This document shows, piece by piece, positions 8,516 through 18,290 of a stretch of DNA of 64,000 nt. A program made the position numbers and the translations under genes. The notes below the pieces were generated by a model. That model made no database searches. It had not been told where the DNA came from and was given only the letters and a program-made list of their open reading frames with translations. The first letter of the stretch is position 1. The number at the start of each line of letters is the position of its first letter. The DNA comes from an uncultured Candidatus Saccharibacteria bacterium (GTDB taxonomy: Bacteria > Patescibacteriota > Minisyncoccia > Phycocordibacterales > Zambryskibacteraceae): contig CAYHLZ010000002.1 of assembly GCA_964357635.1 (NCBI GenBank), forward strand, positions 513-64,512. The letters run 5' to 3'.

Positions 8516-9547
8516 ATGTCAAGTAAGGTAAATAAAGAAAAAAAAGTAGGGGAAGAGACTGGGTTTGCCTCATTTCTAGACAACGAGCTTCGCCCTTCTA
8601 ACTGGCAGGACTATATCGGTCAAAAAGCTGTTAAAGATAATTTAAAAATTTTAATACAAGCAGCCCAAGAGCGCGGAGTTCCTCCAGAACACGTCTTGTT
8701 TTATGGCCCTCCAGGACTTGGCAAGACCACTCTTGCCCACTTGGTAGCCAAAGAGACGGGACGAGCCATTAAGATCACTTCGGGTCCTGCCATAGAGCGC
8801 GTAGGAGACCTTGCCTCAATACTGACAAACCTTGCTTCTGGTGACATTCTTTTTATAGACGAGATTCACAGACTAAACAAAACTATTGAAGAAGTGCTCT
8901 ACCCCGCCATGGAGTCTGGAGTCTTGGATATTATTATCGGCAAAGGTCCGTCGGCTCGCACTATTCAGTTGGAGCTCCCGCCGTTTACCTTACTTGCAGC
9001 CACCACGCGGGTGGCGATGATTTCTTCCCCTTTACGAAGCCGTTTCTCGGGCGGTGTGTTTAGATTAGAGTTTTATAGCGAAGATGAGATTGCAGAAATC
9101 TTGCGCAGGTCAGCAAAAATTATTGGCGTCAAAATTGAAAATGACGCTGAAAAAGAAATTGCCAAGCGTTCTCGCTTTACTCCGCGCACTGCTAATTACT
9201 TTTTGAAGCGTGCCCGAGACTTCGCTCAAGTTGGCGGCAAGCCTCTTAACAAAGAGACGGTGGAACACGCATTGAAACTTTTAGGTATTGATGAAAAAGG
9301 GCTCTCGCCTTCTGACAGAAAACTTTTGGAAATCATTGCTGAGAAATTTTCTGGCGGACCCGTGGGACTTTCCACTTTAGCCGCAGCGCTCTCCGAAGAA
9401 GAAGCTACTGTTGAAGAATTTAACGAACCGTATCTTTTGCAACTTGGTCTTCTTGAGCGCACCGCACGAGGTCGAGCGCTTACCCTCCACGCTTACACCC
9501 ATCTTGGTAAAACACCGCCAAAGAATCTTCAAAACAAATTGCTATGA
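8516..9547 (+). CDS. ruvB: Holliday junction branch-migration helicase RuvB
   Basis: Walker A 'GPPGLGKTTLA', 'ILFIDEIHRL', AAA+ plus winged-helix C-terminus. Confidence 0.9.
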   Translation: MSSKVNKEKKVGEETGFASFLDNELRPSNWQDYIGQKAVKDNLKILIQAAQERGVPPEHVLFYGPPGLGKTTLAHLVAKETGRAIKITSGPAIERVGDLASILTNLASGDILFIDEIHRLNKTIEEVLYPAMESGVLDIIIGKGPSARTIQLELPPFTLLAATTRVAMISSPLRSRFSGGVFRLEFYSEDEIAEILRRSAKIIGVKIENDAEKEIAKRSRFTPRTANYFLKRARDFAQVGGKPLNKETVEHALKLLGIDEKGLSPSDRKLLEIIAEKFSGGPVGLSTLAAALSEEEATVEEFNEPYLLQLGLLERTARGRALTLHAYTHLGKTPPKNLQNKLL

Positions 9548-10074
9548 GTGGGCACAACAAGTGGTCAAAGATTAAAAACAAGAAAGCAGTAACAGATGCC
9601 GCCAAATCAAAGATTTTCTCAAAGATGGCGCGCCTTATTTCTGTTGCCTCCAAACAAGTTAAGGGTGATGTCTCGTCTCCTATTCTAAGAGCAGCTATAG
9701 ACAAGGCGCGAGAATACAACATGCCCGCTGACAACATTGAACGAGCGGTAAAAAAAGGTGCGGGTTCAGATGCCGAAGCGCTTGAGCAAATTACTTACGA
9801 AGCCTATGGACCAGGTGGTTCAGCTTTAATTATTGACGCCTTAACAACCAACAGAAACAAAGCTGCTCAAGAAGTTAAATTTATTTTATCTAAACGCGGG
9901 GTTGCTCTTGCCACACCCGGCTCTGTCACGTGGGCATTCGTTAAGGAAGCAGGTGCGTGGAAACCGACAACAACCATAGAAATTTCTGAAGAAGATGGGC
10001 AGGTTTTGGAAAAATTAATTGAAGAGCTTGAAGATAATGATGAAGTCCAAGATGTCTATACCAATGCGCTCTGA
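9544..10074 (+). CDS. YebC/PmpR-family probable transcriptional regulator (short form, 176 aa)
   Basis: N-terminus 'MSGHNKWSKIKNKKA...KIFSKMARLI' is diagnostic of the YebC/TACO1 family. Confidence 0.75.
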   Translation: MSGHNKWSKIKNKKAVTDAAKSKIFSKMARLISVASKQVKGDVSSPILRAAIDKAREYNMPADNIERAVKKGAGSDAEALEQITYEAYGPGGSALIIDALTTNRNKAAQEVKFILSKRGVALATPGSVTWAFVKEAGAWKPTTTIEISEEDGQVLEKLIEELEDNDEVQDVYTNAL

Positions 10075-10555
10075 AATTGTTTTGGCAATTGACCCAGGTT
10101 TTGACCGAATTGGTGTGGCAGTACTGAAAACTGGCACAAATAATGTGGAGCTTCTTTTTTCAGAATGTTTGGAGACCAACCCGAAGGATAAAAGAGCCAA
10201 AAGACTTTTGGCTATAGGAGAAAGGGTAAAAAAAGTAATAAAAAAATGGAAACCAAGTGTTCTTGCAGTAGAGACTTTGTTTTTCAACACCAACACTACT
10301 AGCGCTATCGGGGTGGCAGAGGCAAGAGGTGTTGTTGTCTACGAGGGTACCCGGGCGGGCTTGGAGGTTTTTGAATATGGACCACAGGCGGTTAAGGTGG
10401 CAGTAACCGGCTACGGTAAGGCAGGTAAGGTTCAGATGGCAGATATGGTCAAAAGGCTTGTAAGACTACCTAAGCGGGGCGCCAAGAGGCTTGATGATGA
10501 GATGGACGCCATTGCCCTGGGGATTACTCATCTTGCAACAAAAAAGGGTATTTGA
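10064..10555 (+). CDS. ruvC: Crossover junction endodeoxyribonuclease RuvC
   Basis: 'IVLAIDPGFDRIGVAVL' with catalytic Asp near the N-terminus; ATG at 10064 overlaps the yebC stop; the ORF-track start at 10019 is probably an upstream extension. Confidence 0.8.
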   Translation: MRSEIVLAIDPGFDRIGVAVLKTGTNNVELLFSECLETNPKDKRAKRLLAIGERVKKVIKKWKPSVLAVETLFFNTNTTSAIGVAEARGVVVYEGTRAGLEVFEYGPQAVKVAVTGYGKAGKVQMADMVKRLVRLPKRGAKRLDDEMDAIALGITHLATKKGI

Positions 10556-10629
10556 TACAAATAGAGGCATTCAAAAATGCCCGTAAAAAAGCTCGAGCAT
10601 TTTTATTAGAAATAATTTAATTTTGAACC

Positions 10630-10797
10630 ATGTTAGAAGACGACATCATCAAGGATGAAGACGATGAACTTGATATAAAACTCCCCCCAGAGGTTGAAAA
10701 AGTTGGAGACGTGTTAGATGAGGAGCCGGAAAGTCTTGATGAGTTGGCAGAAGAGGAAGAAGAAGAGGAGCCGTTTGATGACGTTGACCCGATGTAG
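10630..10797 (+). CDS. Putative small, highly acidic protein (55 aa, D/E-rich)
   Basis: ATG...TAG ORF below the track's 60-aa cutoff; MLEDDIIKDEDDELDIKLPPEVEKVGDVLDEEPESLDELAEEEEEEEPFDDVDPM; a terminator follows directly; no clear SD. Confidence 0.3.
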   Translation: MLEDDIIKDEDDELDIKLPPEVEKVGDVLDEEPESLDELAEEEEEEEPFDDVDPM

Positions 10798-10801
10798 GAA
10801 A

Positions 10802-10831
10802 ACCCACCGCCAAGCGGTGGGTTTTGTTTAA
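10802..10831. terminator. Rho-independent terminator, bidirectional with the tyrS 3' end
   Basis: ACCCACCGC-CAA-GCGGTGGGT (9-bp perfect stem) followed by TTTTGTTT. Confidence 0.75.
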
Positions 10832-12240
10832 GAGATTTCTATTTTTATAAATCGGTGCTTACCAATCTTTAATGTGTTGCCACTTTTAGAGACCTCCTCG
10901 TCTGGAGATTCTATTTGTTTTTCTGTTTCCAAGTCAGTAACTGCCCCATCCTTAACTAGTCTTCTCCACTCGGTTTTAGAACTAACAATGCCTTGCCTAA
11001 CAAGGAGGTCAGAAAGCTTGTCGCCAATAGCCCCGGAAATTTTTTCTATATCCTTGGGGGTACCTTTTTTTGAAAAAGTTTCAATAAAATCTTTTTCTGC
11101 TTCTTTGGCTTTATCTTCACCGTGATAGATAGAGACAATTTCGTGTGCCAAACGCATCTTAATATCTTTTGGGTTGTGCTTTGTTTCTCCGAGCTTCTTT
11201 TCTATTTCTTTGATTTCTCCAAGCGAGGTATATGTGGCGAGTTTGAAGTATGTGGCAATAGCAGTGTCTGGAATTGACATGGTTTTGCCAAACATTTCGC
11301 CCGGCATATCGGTTATGGCAATGTAGTTATCCAAACTTTTAGACATTTTCTCTTTTCCATCAAGCCCAGGAAGAATTTCAAGAGAAAGCACTGCTTGTGG
11401 TGAAACTTTGTTGGCCTTCATAACATCCCTACCCATAAGCATGTTGAAGGTTTGGTCTGTTCCGCCAATTTCTAAATCGCAGGAACCATAAATCTGTGAG
11501 AGGACAAAAGAATCAATGCCTTGAAAGACTGGGTAGAGCATTTCGTGCATATAAAGTTCCTGCCCAGCCTTTATCCGTTCCTGAAACAAATCTCTGTCTA
11601 TAAGATGCGCGTGAGTAATGTGTCTAAGTCCCCAAAGCACGTTTAAAAGCGTTATTACCGAGATGTGGTTCTTAAGTCCTAAGTCTCTCACCTGCATGCG
11701 TGTTTGCTCAAAAACAACAGCTTTGCCAATAAATGAATTTGGAGGTATTTTAATTTTCGTGGTTTTGTTGTCGACCGTAACATCCATATTAACTTCGTAG
11801 TTATCTGGAAGGTGGAGGTCAGTAATGCTCGTAAACCAGTCAGAGTTTCTAATCCAAGAAAACAAATGTTTGTCGGTACGCAGGATTTTGCCGACTTGGT
11901 CAATATAAGTTTTGGCATTCTTATCTACTTCGGCTTGTTCAATTTCTGGTCTGGTTTTGCTCTTACCAGACGGGTCGCCAATACGTGCGGTAAAATCCCC
12001 AACCAAAAAAACCACCTTACAACCAAGATCTTGAAGTTGACGTAATTTTCTTAATATAACAGCGTGGCCTAGATGAATATCTGGACGAGACGGGTCAACG
12101 CCAAGTTTAATAACAATATCTTTTGAGTACTCGCCCTTAGACTTCTTAAGCAGTTTTTCTTTAAAGGCGTCGTCTGGGTCTGTAAAGGAGCCAACGCCAC
12201 GAGAAAGTATTTCCTCCACCTCTTTGTTCATACCAGTCAA
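10828..12240 (-). CDS. tyrS: Tyrosyl-tRNA synthetase with C-terminal S4 domain
   Basis: HIGH-class motif 'HLGH', 'GDFTARIGDPSGKSKTRP' (TyrS signature), 'KMSKS' present as KMSKSLDN. Confidence 0.85.
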   Translation of the reverse strand: MTGMNKEVEEILSRGVGSFTDPDDAFKEKLLKKSKGEYSKDIVIKLGVDPSRPDIHLGHAVILRKLRQLQDLGCKVVFLVGDFTARIGDPSGKSKTRPEIEQAEVDKNAKTYIDQVGKILRTDKHLFSWIRNSDWFTSITDLHLPDNYEVNMDVTVDNKTTKIKIPPNSFIGKAVVFEQTRMQVRDLGLKNHISVITLLNVLWGLRHITHAHLIDRDLFQERIKAGQELYMHEMLYPVFQGIDSFVLSQIYGSCDLEIGGTDQTFNMLMGRDVMKANKVSPQAVLSLEILPGLDGKEKMSKSLDNYIAITDMPGEMFGKTMSIPDTAIATYFKLATYTSLGEIKEIEKKLGETKHNPKDIKMRLAHEIVSIYHGEDKAKEAEKDFIETFSKKGTPKDIEKISGAIGDKLSDLLVRQGIVSSKTEWRRLVKDGAVTDLETEKQIESPDEEVSKSGNTLKIGKHRFIKIEIS

Positions 12241-12295
12241 TTTAACACGTTCGGTCTAAAAGTTAAATGTGCTAAAATAGACTTTCTAGAGAAAA

Positions 12296-14359
12296 ATGAT
12301 TAGGAAACTCCGTCATTCAAACCGCTTTTTAGTTGTAGTGGCTCTCGGGCTATTTCTCTTGGGTATTCTTATTTTATGGGCAGCCTCATTTCGTATCCCG
12401 GCGCTTGAGGACATTTCTGAACGCAGGGTAGACCAGTCCATTAAGATTTATGACCGTACAGGTACAATTCTTCTTTATGATACGTCTCGTGATGTTAGGA
12501 GGGCCCTTATACCTCTTGAAGAGATATCTCCTTACGCAAGAGCTGCCGCGCTTGCTATAGAAGACAGAACCTTTTACTCACACAAAGGATTCCGACCAAC
12601 ATCGTTCCTTAGGGCTGTTCTTGTAAACGTAACCAGTCTTTCATTTAGTCAGGGTGGTTCCACCATCACCCAGCAAGTGGTAAAAAACTCAATTCTTACC
12701 AAAGACAAAACTCCCGCAAGAAAATTAAAGGAATTAATTTTGGCACTTAAACTAGAAAGAGTTCTAACTAAAGATGAAATTCTATCTCTTTATTTGAATG
12801 AGATTCCTTACGGAGGAACCATTTACGGTATAGAGGAGGCGGCAAAAAACTTTTTTGGAAAACCGGCGCTTGAGTTAACTTTGGCAGAGTCCGCATACTT
12901 GGCAGCTCTACCAAAGGCGCCAACGTATTACTCTCCATATGGATTGCATAGAGAAGATTTGGAGAAGAGAAAAAACTTGGTTCTCCAAGAAATGCTTGAG
13001 AATGGATTTATTTCTCAAGAAGAACACGAGGGTGCCTTAAAAGAAGAGGTAGTATTTTTACCCAGACAAAATACTGGAGGTATAAAGGCACCACATTTTG
13101 TTTTTTTTGTTATTGAAAAGTTGGCAGAGAAATATGGTGAGGACACCATTATGGGTAGTGGTTTTAAGGTAATTACTACCCTTGATTACTCTATCCAACA
13201 AGAGGCTGAAGCGGTGGCAAAGAAATATGGAGTCATAAATAAAGAACGCTTTAATGGTGAAAATAATGCGATCGTGGTCATAGATCCAAAAAACGGAGAC
13301 ATCCTTGCTATGACTGGTTCTAAAGATTACTTTGACAAAGAAATTGACGGTAACTTTAACGCTGCTCTAGGACACAGGCAACCTGGTTCAACATTTAAAC
13401 CTTTTGTGTATTCCGTTTTGTTTAACAAAGGCTACACCGACGAAACTGTTCTTTTTGATGCACCTGTTCAGTTTTCTCCAGACTGCGCTCCAGACAACTT
13501 TACAACAGACGATGTTTGCTACTCCCCCGTTAACTACGACGACCATTTTAGGGGCCCCCTAACTATTAGAGAAGCTTTGGCACAGTCAATAAACATTCCG
13601 GCCGTAGAGGCACTCTATTTGGCAGGAGTGAGAGATTCTGTTGATTTGGCTAAAAGCCTTGGGGTTGAAAGTCTTACTGCCCTAGAAGACTATGGTCTCT
13701 CGCTTGTTTTGGGTGGTGGAGCAGTCTCTCTTCTTGACATGGTCTCTGCTTACTCGGTTTTTGCAAATGATGGTGTCCGTAACCCGTACAATCCAATTCT
13801 TTGGGTTGAGGACACTGACGGTAACGTAATAGATAGAAACATTGTCTTTCCTAATAGAGTGCTTCCAGAACAAACAGCAAGAACAATTTCAAGCATTCTT
13901 TCTGACAACGAGGCTCGTACTCCTGCGTATGGAGCAAATTCAACTCTCTATGTTCCATCAAGAGACGTGGCGGTAAAAACCGGTACTTCTAACGACTATC
14001 GCGATGCTTGGATTGTTGGATATTCTCCTAATGTTGTTATTGGTGCGTGGGTTGGAAACAACGACAACTCCCAAATGGCAAAGAAGGTGGCTGGTCTCAT
14101 CGTCTCTCCAATGTGGCGAGAACTTATGGATAAGGTTCTACCGATGCTCCCAGTAGAGTCGTTTATAGACCCAGAAACAGAAGACTCATTGGAACTTAAG
14201 CCAGTTATGCGTGGTGATTTTAGTAGTAGTAATCACTCAATTCTTTACTGGGTGGACAAAAACGACCCAAGAGGAGAGGCGCCCGGAGAATCGTCAACTG
14301 ACTCACAGTTTAAAAATTGGGAATACAGTGTAAAACTCTGGAAAAACGCCCACCCTTAA
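12296..14359 (+). CDS. Class A penicillin-binding protein (glycosyltransferase GT51 plus transpeptidase), PBP1A-like
   Basis: N-terminal TM anchor; GT51 motifs 'EDRTFYSHKGF' and 'GGSTITQQ'; transpeptidase SxxK 'GSTFKP', SxN and 'KTGT'. Confidence 0.85.
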   Translation: MIRKLRHSNRFLVVVALGLFLLGILILWAASFRIPALEDISERRVDQSIKIYDRTGTILLYDTSRDVRRALIPLEEISPYARAAALAIEDRTFYSHKGFRPTSFLRAVLVNVTSLSFSQGGSTITQQVVKNSILTKDKTPARKLKELILALKLERVLTKDEILSLYLNEIPYGGTIYGIEEAAKNFFGKPALELTLAESAYLAALPKAPTYYSPYGLHREDLEKRKNLVLQEMLENGFISQEEHEGALKEEVVFLPRQNTGGIKAPHFVFFVIEKLAEKYGEDTIMGSGFKVITTLDYSIQQEAEAVAKKYGVINKERFNGENNAIVVIDPKNGDILAMTGSKDYFDKEIDGNFNAALGHRQPGSTFKPFVYSVLFNKGYTDETVLFDAPVQFSPDCAPDNFTTDDVCYSPVNYDDHFRGPLTIREALAQSINIPAVEALYLAGVRDSVDLAKSLGVESLTALEDYGLSLVLGGGAVSLLDMVSAYSVFANDGVRNPYNPILWVEDTDGNVIDRNIVFPNRVLPEQTARTISSILSDNEARTPAYGANSTLYVPSRDVAVKTGTSNDYRDAWIVGYSPNVVIGAWVGNNDNSQMAKKVAGLIVSPMWRELMDKVLPMLPVESFIDPETEDSLELKPVMRGDFSSSNHSILYWVDKNDPRGEAPGESSTDSQFKNWEYSVKLWKNAHP

Positions 14360-15459
14360 GACTGATTCATCGGCATAACTAAATAGAGAAAACTTGTGTC
14401 CCCAACCCCGCGGACAATAATTGGCTTGGCCTGACCACTAAAATCAAGTGAAATACTGTCTGTGGTAATAGACTGAAAGCAATCTGTAAAATATTTATGG
14501 TTTATGTTTATTGACAAGTCACTTCCCTCAAGAACGGCGTCAAGGTTGTGGGTGTTTTCTCCCACAGACGAATTTTTGGACTCAATTTCAAAGTTTTTAG
14601 CCTTGGGGGAAAGTTTAAATGAAAGTTGATTAAAGGTGTCAGAGAAGATTAAGCTTGTTTTAAGAGAGTTTATTAAATCCTGCTTTAATAAAACTGCTTT
14701 GGAGGTAATTTCTTTAGGAATAATTTGTTTATAGTCAGGAAAGTTTCCCTCCACAACCCTAGATGTTAAATAAATATTTTGAGAGCGTAGTGCCATCTGG
14801 TGTTCTTCTAAAGAAACCGAGATTTCTTCCTCACCTTTATCAAAAATCTTTATTATCTCCGTGGCGTTTTTCTGTGGAATAAGTATGTGTTTGAAGTTGG
14901 GAGCTTTTTTTACCCTTATTTTCTTCTCTGCTAGTCGGAAAGAGTCTGTTGCCGCGAAAACAAGAAACTCTCCATCATATTTTACAGAAACAGAAGCTAG
15001 TTCTGGTTTTATACTCCCTACAGCGGCAGCATAAACAACCGATCTTATACCAAAAATAAGGTCCCTTGCTGGTATTAAAAAGCTCTTATCCTCATCTATT
15101 TCTGGAATAACTGGAAAATCTTCTCCGGAGAGCGTTTTTATACTGGTTTTATTGGAAGATGTCTTTACCTCCAACACCTGACCTTTAGTGTTTATAGTAA
15201 TGCTCCTGTCTTTTGATAAGGAGGAGATAAAAGAGGTAATAACTTGGGCAGGAACAACAACAATACCTGGTTCCACAACTTTCACTGGAATACTAATAGA
15301 TATACCAAGATCTAGGTTTGTTGCTTTTATTGAAAGAGAGTTTGCTCTCGCGTCCAAATAAAGACCAGAGAGGACGGGTAGGGTGATGTTCTTACCAGCA
15401 ATTTTATTTGCCTTATTTAGAGCTTCTTCTAGTTGTTCTTTAATACATTCTATTTTCAT
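14356..15459 (-). CDS. dnaN: DNA polymerase III beta sliding clamp
   Basis: Begins MKIECIKEQLEEALNKANKI...; three-domain length; sits downstream of dnaA; the true ATG (15457-15459) is internal to the track ORF. Confidence 0.85.
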   Translation of the reverse strand: MKIECIKEQLEEALNKANKIAGKNITLPVLSGLYLDARANSLSIKATNLDLGISISIPVKVVEPGIVVVPAQVITSFISSLSKDRSITINTKGQVLEVKTSSNKTSIKTLSGEDFPVIPEIDEDKSFLIPARDLIFGIRSVVYAAAVGSIKPELASVSVKYDGEFLVFAATDSFRLAEKKIRVKKAPNFKHILIPQKNATEIIKIFDKGEEEISVSLEEHQMALRSQNIYLTSRVVEGNFPDYKQIIPKEITSKAVLLKQDLINSLKTSLIFSDTFNQLSFKLSPKAKNFEIESKNSSVGENTHNLDAVLEGSDLSININHKYFTDCFQSITTDSISLDFSGQAKPIIVRGVGDTSFLYLVMPMNQS

Positions 15460-15662
15460 ATATAAAAAATTATTAATACTATTAGGGGTGTGGATATGTG
15501 TACGTCCAAACAAAAGACCCAGCTAAGCCGTTTTTTATATTTTTACATTTATTAACATGAGGACTACTTGTTTGGTAACTTAACAATTTGTAAAATGACA
15601 CCAAACTACCCCCTCTTTCCAACACCTTGTTAACAGTTTTTTCTTTGTTTCTCCACATAGTT
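15460..15662. other. Putative replication-origin region (AT-rich dnaA-dnaN intergenic spacer with DnaA-box-like 9-mers)
   Basis: TGTGGATAT (15489-15497, 8/9 to TGTGGATAA) and TTCTCCACA (15649-15657, 8/9 to TTATCCACA) flank an AT-rich stretch of about 150 bp; the flanking dnaA/dnaN and rpmH-rnpA-yidC genes give the canonical oriC context. Confidence 0.35.
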
Positions 15663-17009
15663 TTAAACAGTTAATAAGTTTCTAATCTGACCAACCTCTT
15701 CCAATAATGACTGGTCAACCTTAATGTCGCCTTTTATCTTTTCACACGAATGAATTACTGTGGTGTGGTCTCTACCGCCAAGCTTTTGTCCTATTGACGG
15801 GTAAGAAATATTAAAATCTTCTCGCAAGAGGTACATAACTATTTGTCTTGGTCTAATAACCTCTTTGTGTCTAGTTTTTTCATAAATACTATCCTCTTTA
15901 ATGTTATAGAAGTCAGAGACAATACGTACAACATCTTTAACTGCAATGGTTTTTTTAGGTTTAATGTTGTTTTTTATATAATTTCTAACATCAATCATTG
16001 TTATTTCCTTGTTTTTTAGCTGTGCGTGGCAGAGGAGAGTGTTGACGGCGCCCTCAAGGTCTCTAATGTTTCCATTTATAGTGTGAGCCAGGTAATCTAT
16101 TATCTCTGGAGAGAGGGGCACGCCCTGCTGTTTTGCTTTGGCGGAAATAATAGCAATTCTTGACTCTTTGTCTGGCGGAGGGATGTCAACCGTCATTCCC
16201 GCAGAAAGCCTTGATTTAAGCCTTTCTTCAAGCCCTGTAATGAAGTATGGGTGTTTATCAGAGGAAAATATAATCTGCTTATTACTATCATAAAGAGTGT
16301 TAAATAGGTGAAATAATTCTTCCTGAAACTTTTGTTTATCAGAGAAAAATTGAATGTCATCAACTATTAAAACGTCGTATTTTCTATATTTTTCTTTGAA
16401 AATAGTCATTTTCTGGTTTTGAAGAGCATTCATACAGTCCTGTCCGAACTGTTCAGATGTCATGTAATAAACCTTTTTATTCGGGTAAGTAGCCTTAATA
16501 TGGTTGCCTATTGCTTGTATTAGGTGTGTTTTACCGTGCCCAGTAGAACCATGTATGAAAAGTGGGTTGTAAGTAATACCAAGCTTTTTTATAACCGCTT
16601 GCGCTGCCGCATGAGCAAGCTCGTTGAATGGTCCGATAACAAAAGTTTCAAAAGTGTATCGCGGGTTTAGGTTGTCATCCTTGTTGACCTGGGTTTCTGG
16701 TAACGGAAGTTCTTTGGTATGTAGGTCTTGGGCCGTTTTTTCCTCCTTCCTTCTGGATTCCTCCTTGTTTACCACATACTCAATGGCGTGAATAGAGCCC
16801 TCTAGGCCACGAAGGCTTTTAAGAATAGTGTTGTGGTACTTAGTTAGAAGCCACTCCTTAACAAATGCGTTTGGCACCGAAAGGATCACTACTCCCCCAT
16901 CTTCCTTAACAATACGAGTGTCTTTAAACCAAGTTGTAAAGTTTGCACTGGAGATACTTAGCTCTATCTCCACTAAAACGCTTTGCCAGAGTTGCTTATA
17001 GTCAGTCAT
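15663..17009 (-). CDS. dnaA: Chromosomal replication initiator DnaA
   Basis: AAA+ Walker A 'GSTGHGKTHLIQAIGN', C-terminal DNA-binding helix-turn-helix, conserved neighbourhood. Confidence 0.9.
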   Translation of the reverse strand: MTDYKQLWQSVLVEIELSISSANFTTWFKDTRIVKEDGGVVILSVPNAFVKEWLLTKYHNTILKSLRGLEGSIHAIEYVVNKEESRRKEEKTAQDLHTKELPLPETQVNKDDNLNPRYTFETFVIGPFNELAHAAAQAVIKKLGITYNPLFIHGSTGHGKTHLIQAIGNHIKATYPNKKVYYMTSEQFGQDCMNALQNQKMTIFKEKYRKYDVLIVDDIQFFSDKQKFQEELFHLFNTLYDSNKQIIFSSDKHPYFITGLEERLKSRLSAGMTVDIPPPDKESRIAIISAKAKQQGVPLSPEIIDYLAHTINGNIRDLEGAVNTLLCHAQLKNKEITMIDVRNYIKNNIKPKKTIAVKDVVRIVSDFYNIKEDSIYEKTRHKEVIRPRQIVMYLLREDFNISYPSIGQKLGGRDHTTVIHSCEKIKGDIKVDQSLLEEVGQIRNLLTV

Positions 17010-17110
17010 GAAGGTTTGTTGCTACAATAGTATATCTTTTAGCAATTTAATAAGAACTTGTTAAAGTCGTAAAAAATGTTTATAATGTGTTTATAACTTG
17101 TTAATAAGAA

Positions 17111-17245
17111 ATGTCCACAACATATAAACCAAAAAGACGCAAACGAGCAAAAACTCACGGTTTTCTCTCAAGACAAAAAACTTCTACAGGAAGAAGAACC
17201 ATTAGAAACAGACGAAGAAAGGGACGAGCACGTCTCGCGGTTTAA
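17111..17245 (+). CDS. rpmH: 50S ribosomal protein L34
   Basis: 44-aa [47 protein letters not shown] not in the track; classic L34 sequence; stop is 1 nt before the rnpA ATG. Confidence 0.9.
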   Translation: MSTTYKPKRRKRAKTHGFLSRQKTSTGRRTIRNRRRKGRARLAV

Positions 17246-17246
17246 A

Positions 17247-17564
17247 ATGATTTCTAAAAACAGGAGGATTCCCAGATTACTTTTTAAACCCCTTCTTGAA
17301 TCAAAACGATATTTCAATTCACAAAATTTTTCTCTACGAGTAGCACAGGGAAAAGTGGCTAAAGTTGCCGTGTCTGTTTCTAAAAAAGTTTCTAAGCGAG
17401 CAGTTGTCCGCAACAGAATTCGTCGACGAACATATTCAGCCATTCGCAAGCTTTTACCCAATCTTTCTAACAATCTTTTTTTACTGATTGCTAAACCGAG
17501 GGCTGAAAATGTTCGGGGCGAGAAGCTTAAGAACGAACTCGCCGAACTCTTTAAAAAAGTATAG
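17247..17564 (+). CDS. rnpA: RNase P protein component
   Basis: Basic protein with an 'RNRIRR' (RNR-motif) region, in the conserved position between rpmH and yidC. Confidence 0.8.
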   Translation: MISKNRRIPRLLFKPLLESKRYFNSQNFSLRVAQGKVAKVAVSVSKKVSKRAVVRNRIRRRTYSAIRKLLPNLSNNLFLLIAKPRAENVRGEKLKNELAELFKKV

Positions 17565-17573
17565 AATTAACCG

Positions 17574-18290
17574 ATGTCTTCTTTCTACCACACGGTTTTC
17601 TTTGACCCACTATACAACGGGTTAGTTGTTTTGTTTAAGATTTTACCTTGGGCTGATGCTGGTATTATTGTTATTCTTCTAACTGTTCTGGTTCGTATTA
17701 TTATTTTTCCTCTTTCCAAAAAGGCTATACTTACTCAAGTTAAAATGGCTGAGATTAGCCCGGAACTAGCAAAAATTAAGGAGAAATATAAAGACAAAAC
17801 AGAAGAGCAGGCAAGACAAACCCTCGCTCTTTACAAGGAAAAAGGGGTTAACCCATTTTCTGGAATATTTGTCATTATTATTCAGATTCCTATTATCTTT
17901 GCGTTGTATCAAATCTTTCTTCATCTTCCTGAGGTTAATCCGACTTTTCTATACTCGTTTGTTACTGCGCCAGATTATATCAACACCACCTTTCTTGGGG
18001 TTCTAGACATCACAGCAAAAAGTTTTGCTATTGCAGCTCTGGCAGCAGTTTCAACATTTTTTCAGTTTAAAATTTCTATGAAAGGACAAACCCCGCCAAC
18101 AGGTAACTCCTTCGGCAACAACTTGGCCCGAAGTATGCAGACTCAGATGAAATACTTTTTCCCAGTAATAGTTTTCTTTGTTTCTTATAATATCTCTGGG
18201 GTAATTGCTCTCTACTGGCTTACTACAAATCTTTTTAGTATCGGACAAGAACTTTTTGTTCGTAAGAAAATTAGAGCTCCTCAAGCCTGA
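17574..18290 (+). CDS. yidC: Membrane protein insertase YidC (short Oxa1-like form)
   Basis: Five TM segments in 238 aa with a conserved 'IQIPIIFALYQ' helix; rpmH-rnpA-yidC synteny. Confidence 0.8.
   Translation: MSSFYHTVFFDPLYNGLVVLFKILPWADAGIIVILLTVLVRIIIFPLSKKAILTQVKMAEISPELAKIKEKYKDKTEEQARQTLALYKEKGVNPFSGIFVIIIQIPIIFALYQIFLHLPEVNPTFLYSFVTAPDYINTTFLGVLDITAKSFAIAALAAVSTFFQFKISMKGQTPPTGNSFGNNLARSMQTQMKYFFPVIVFFVSYNISGVIALYWLTTNLFSIGQELFVRKKIRAPQA

Noticed and set aside
9544-10074. YebC-family protein looks truncated (176 aa versus about 240 aa typical)
   Set aside because: The N- and C-terminal conserved blocks are both present and the ORF is intact with a proper stop overlapping ruvC. Shortened orthologs are common in reduced genomes, so it is not called a pseudogene.
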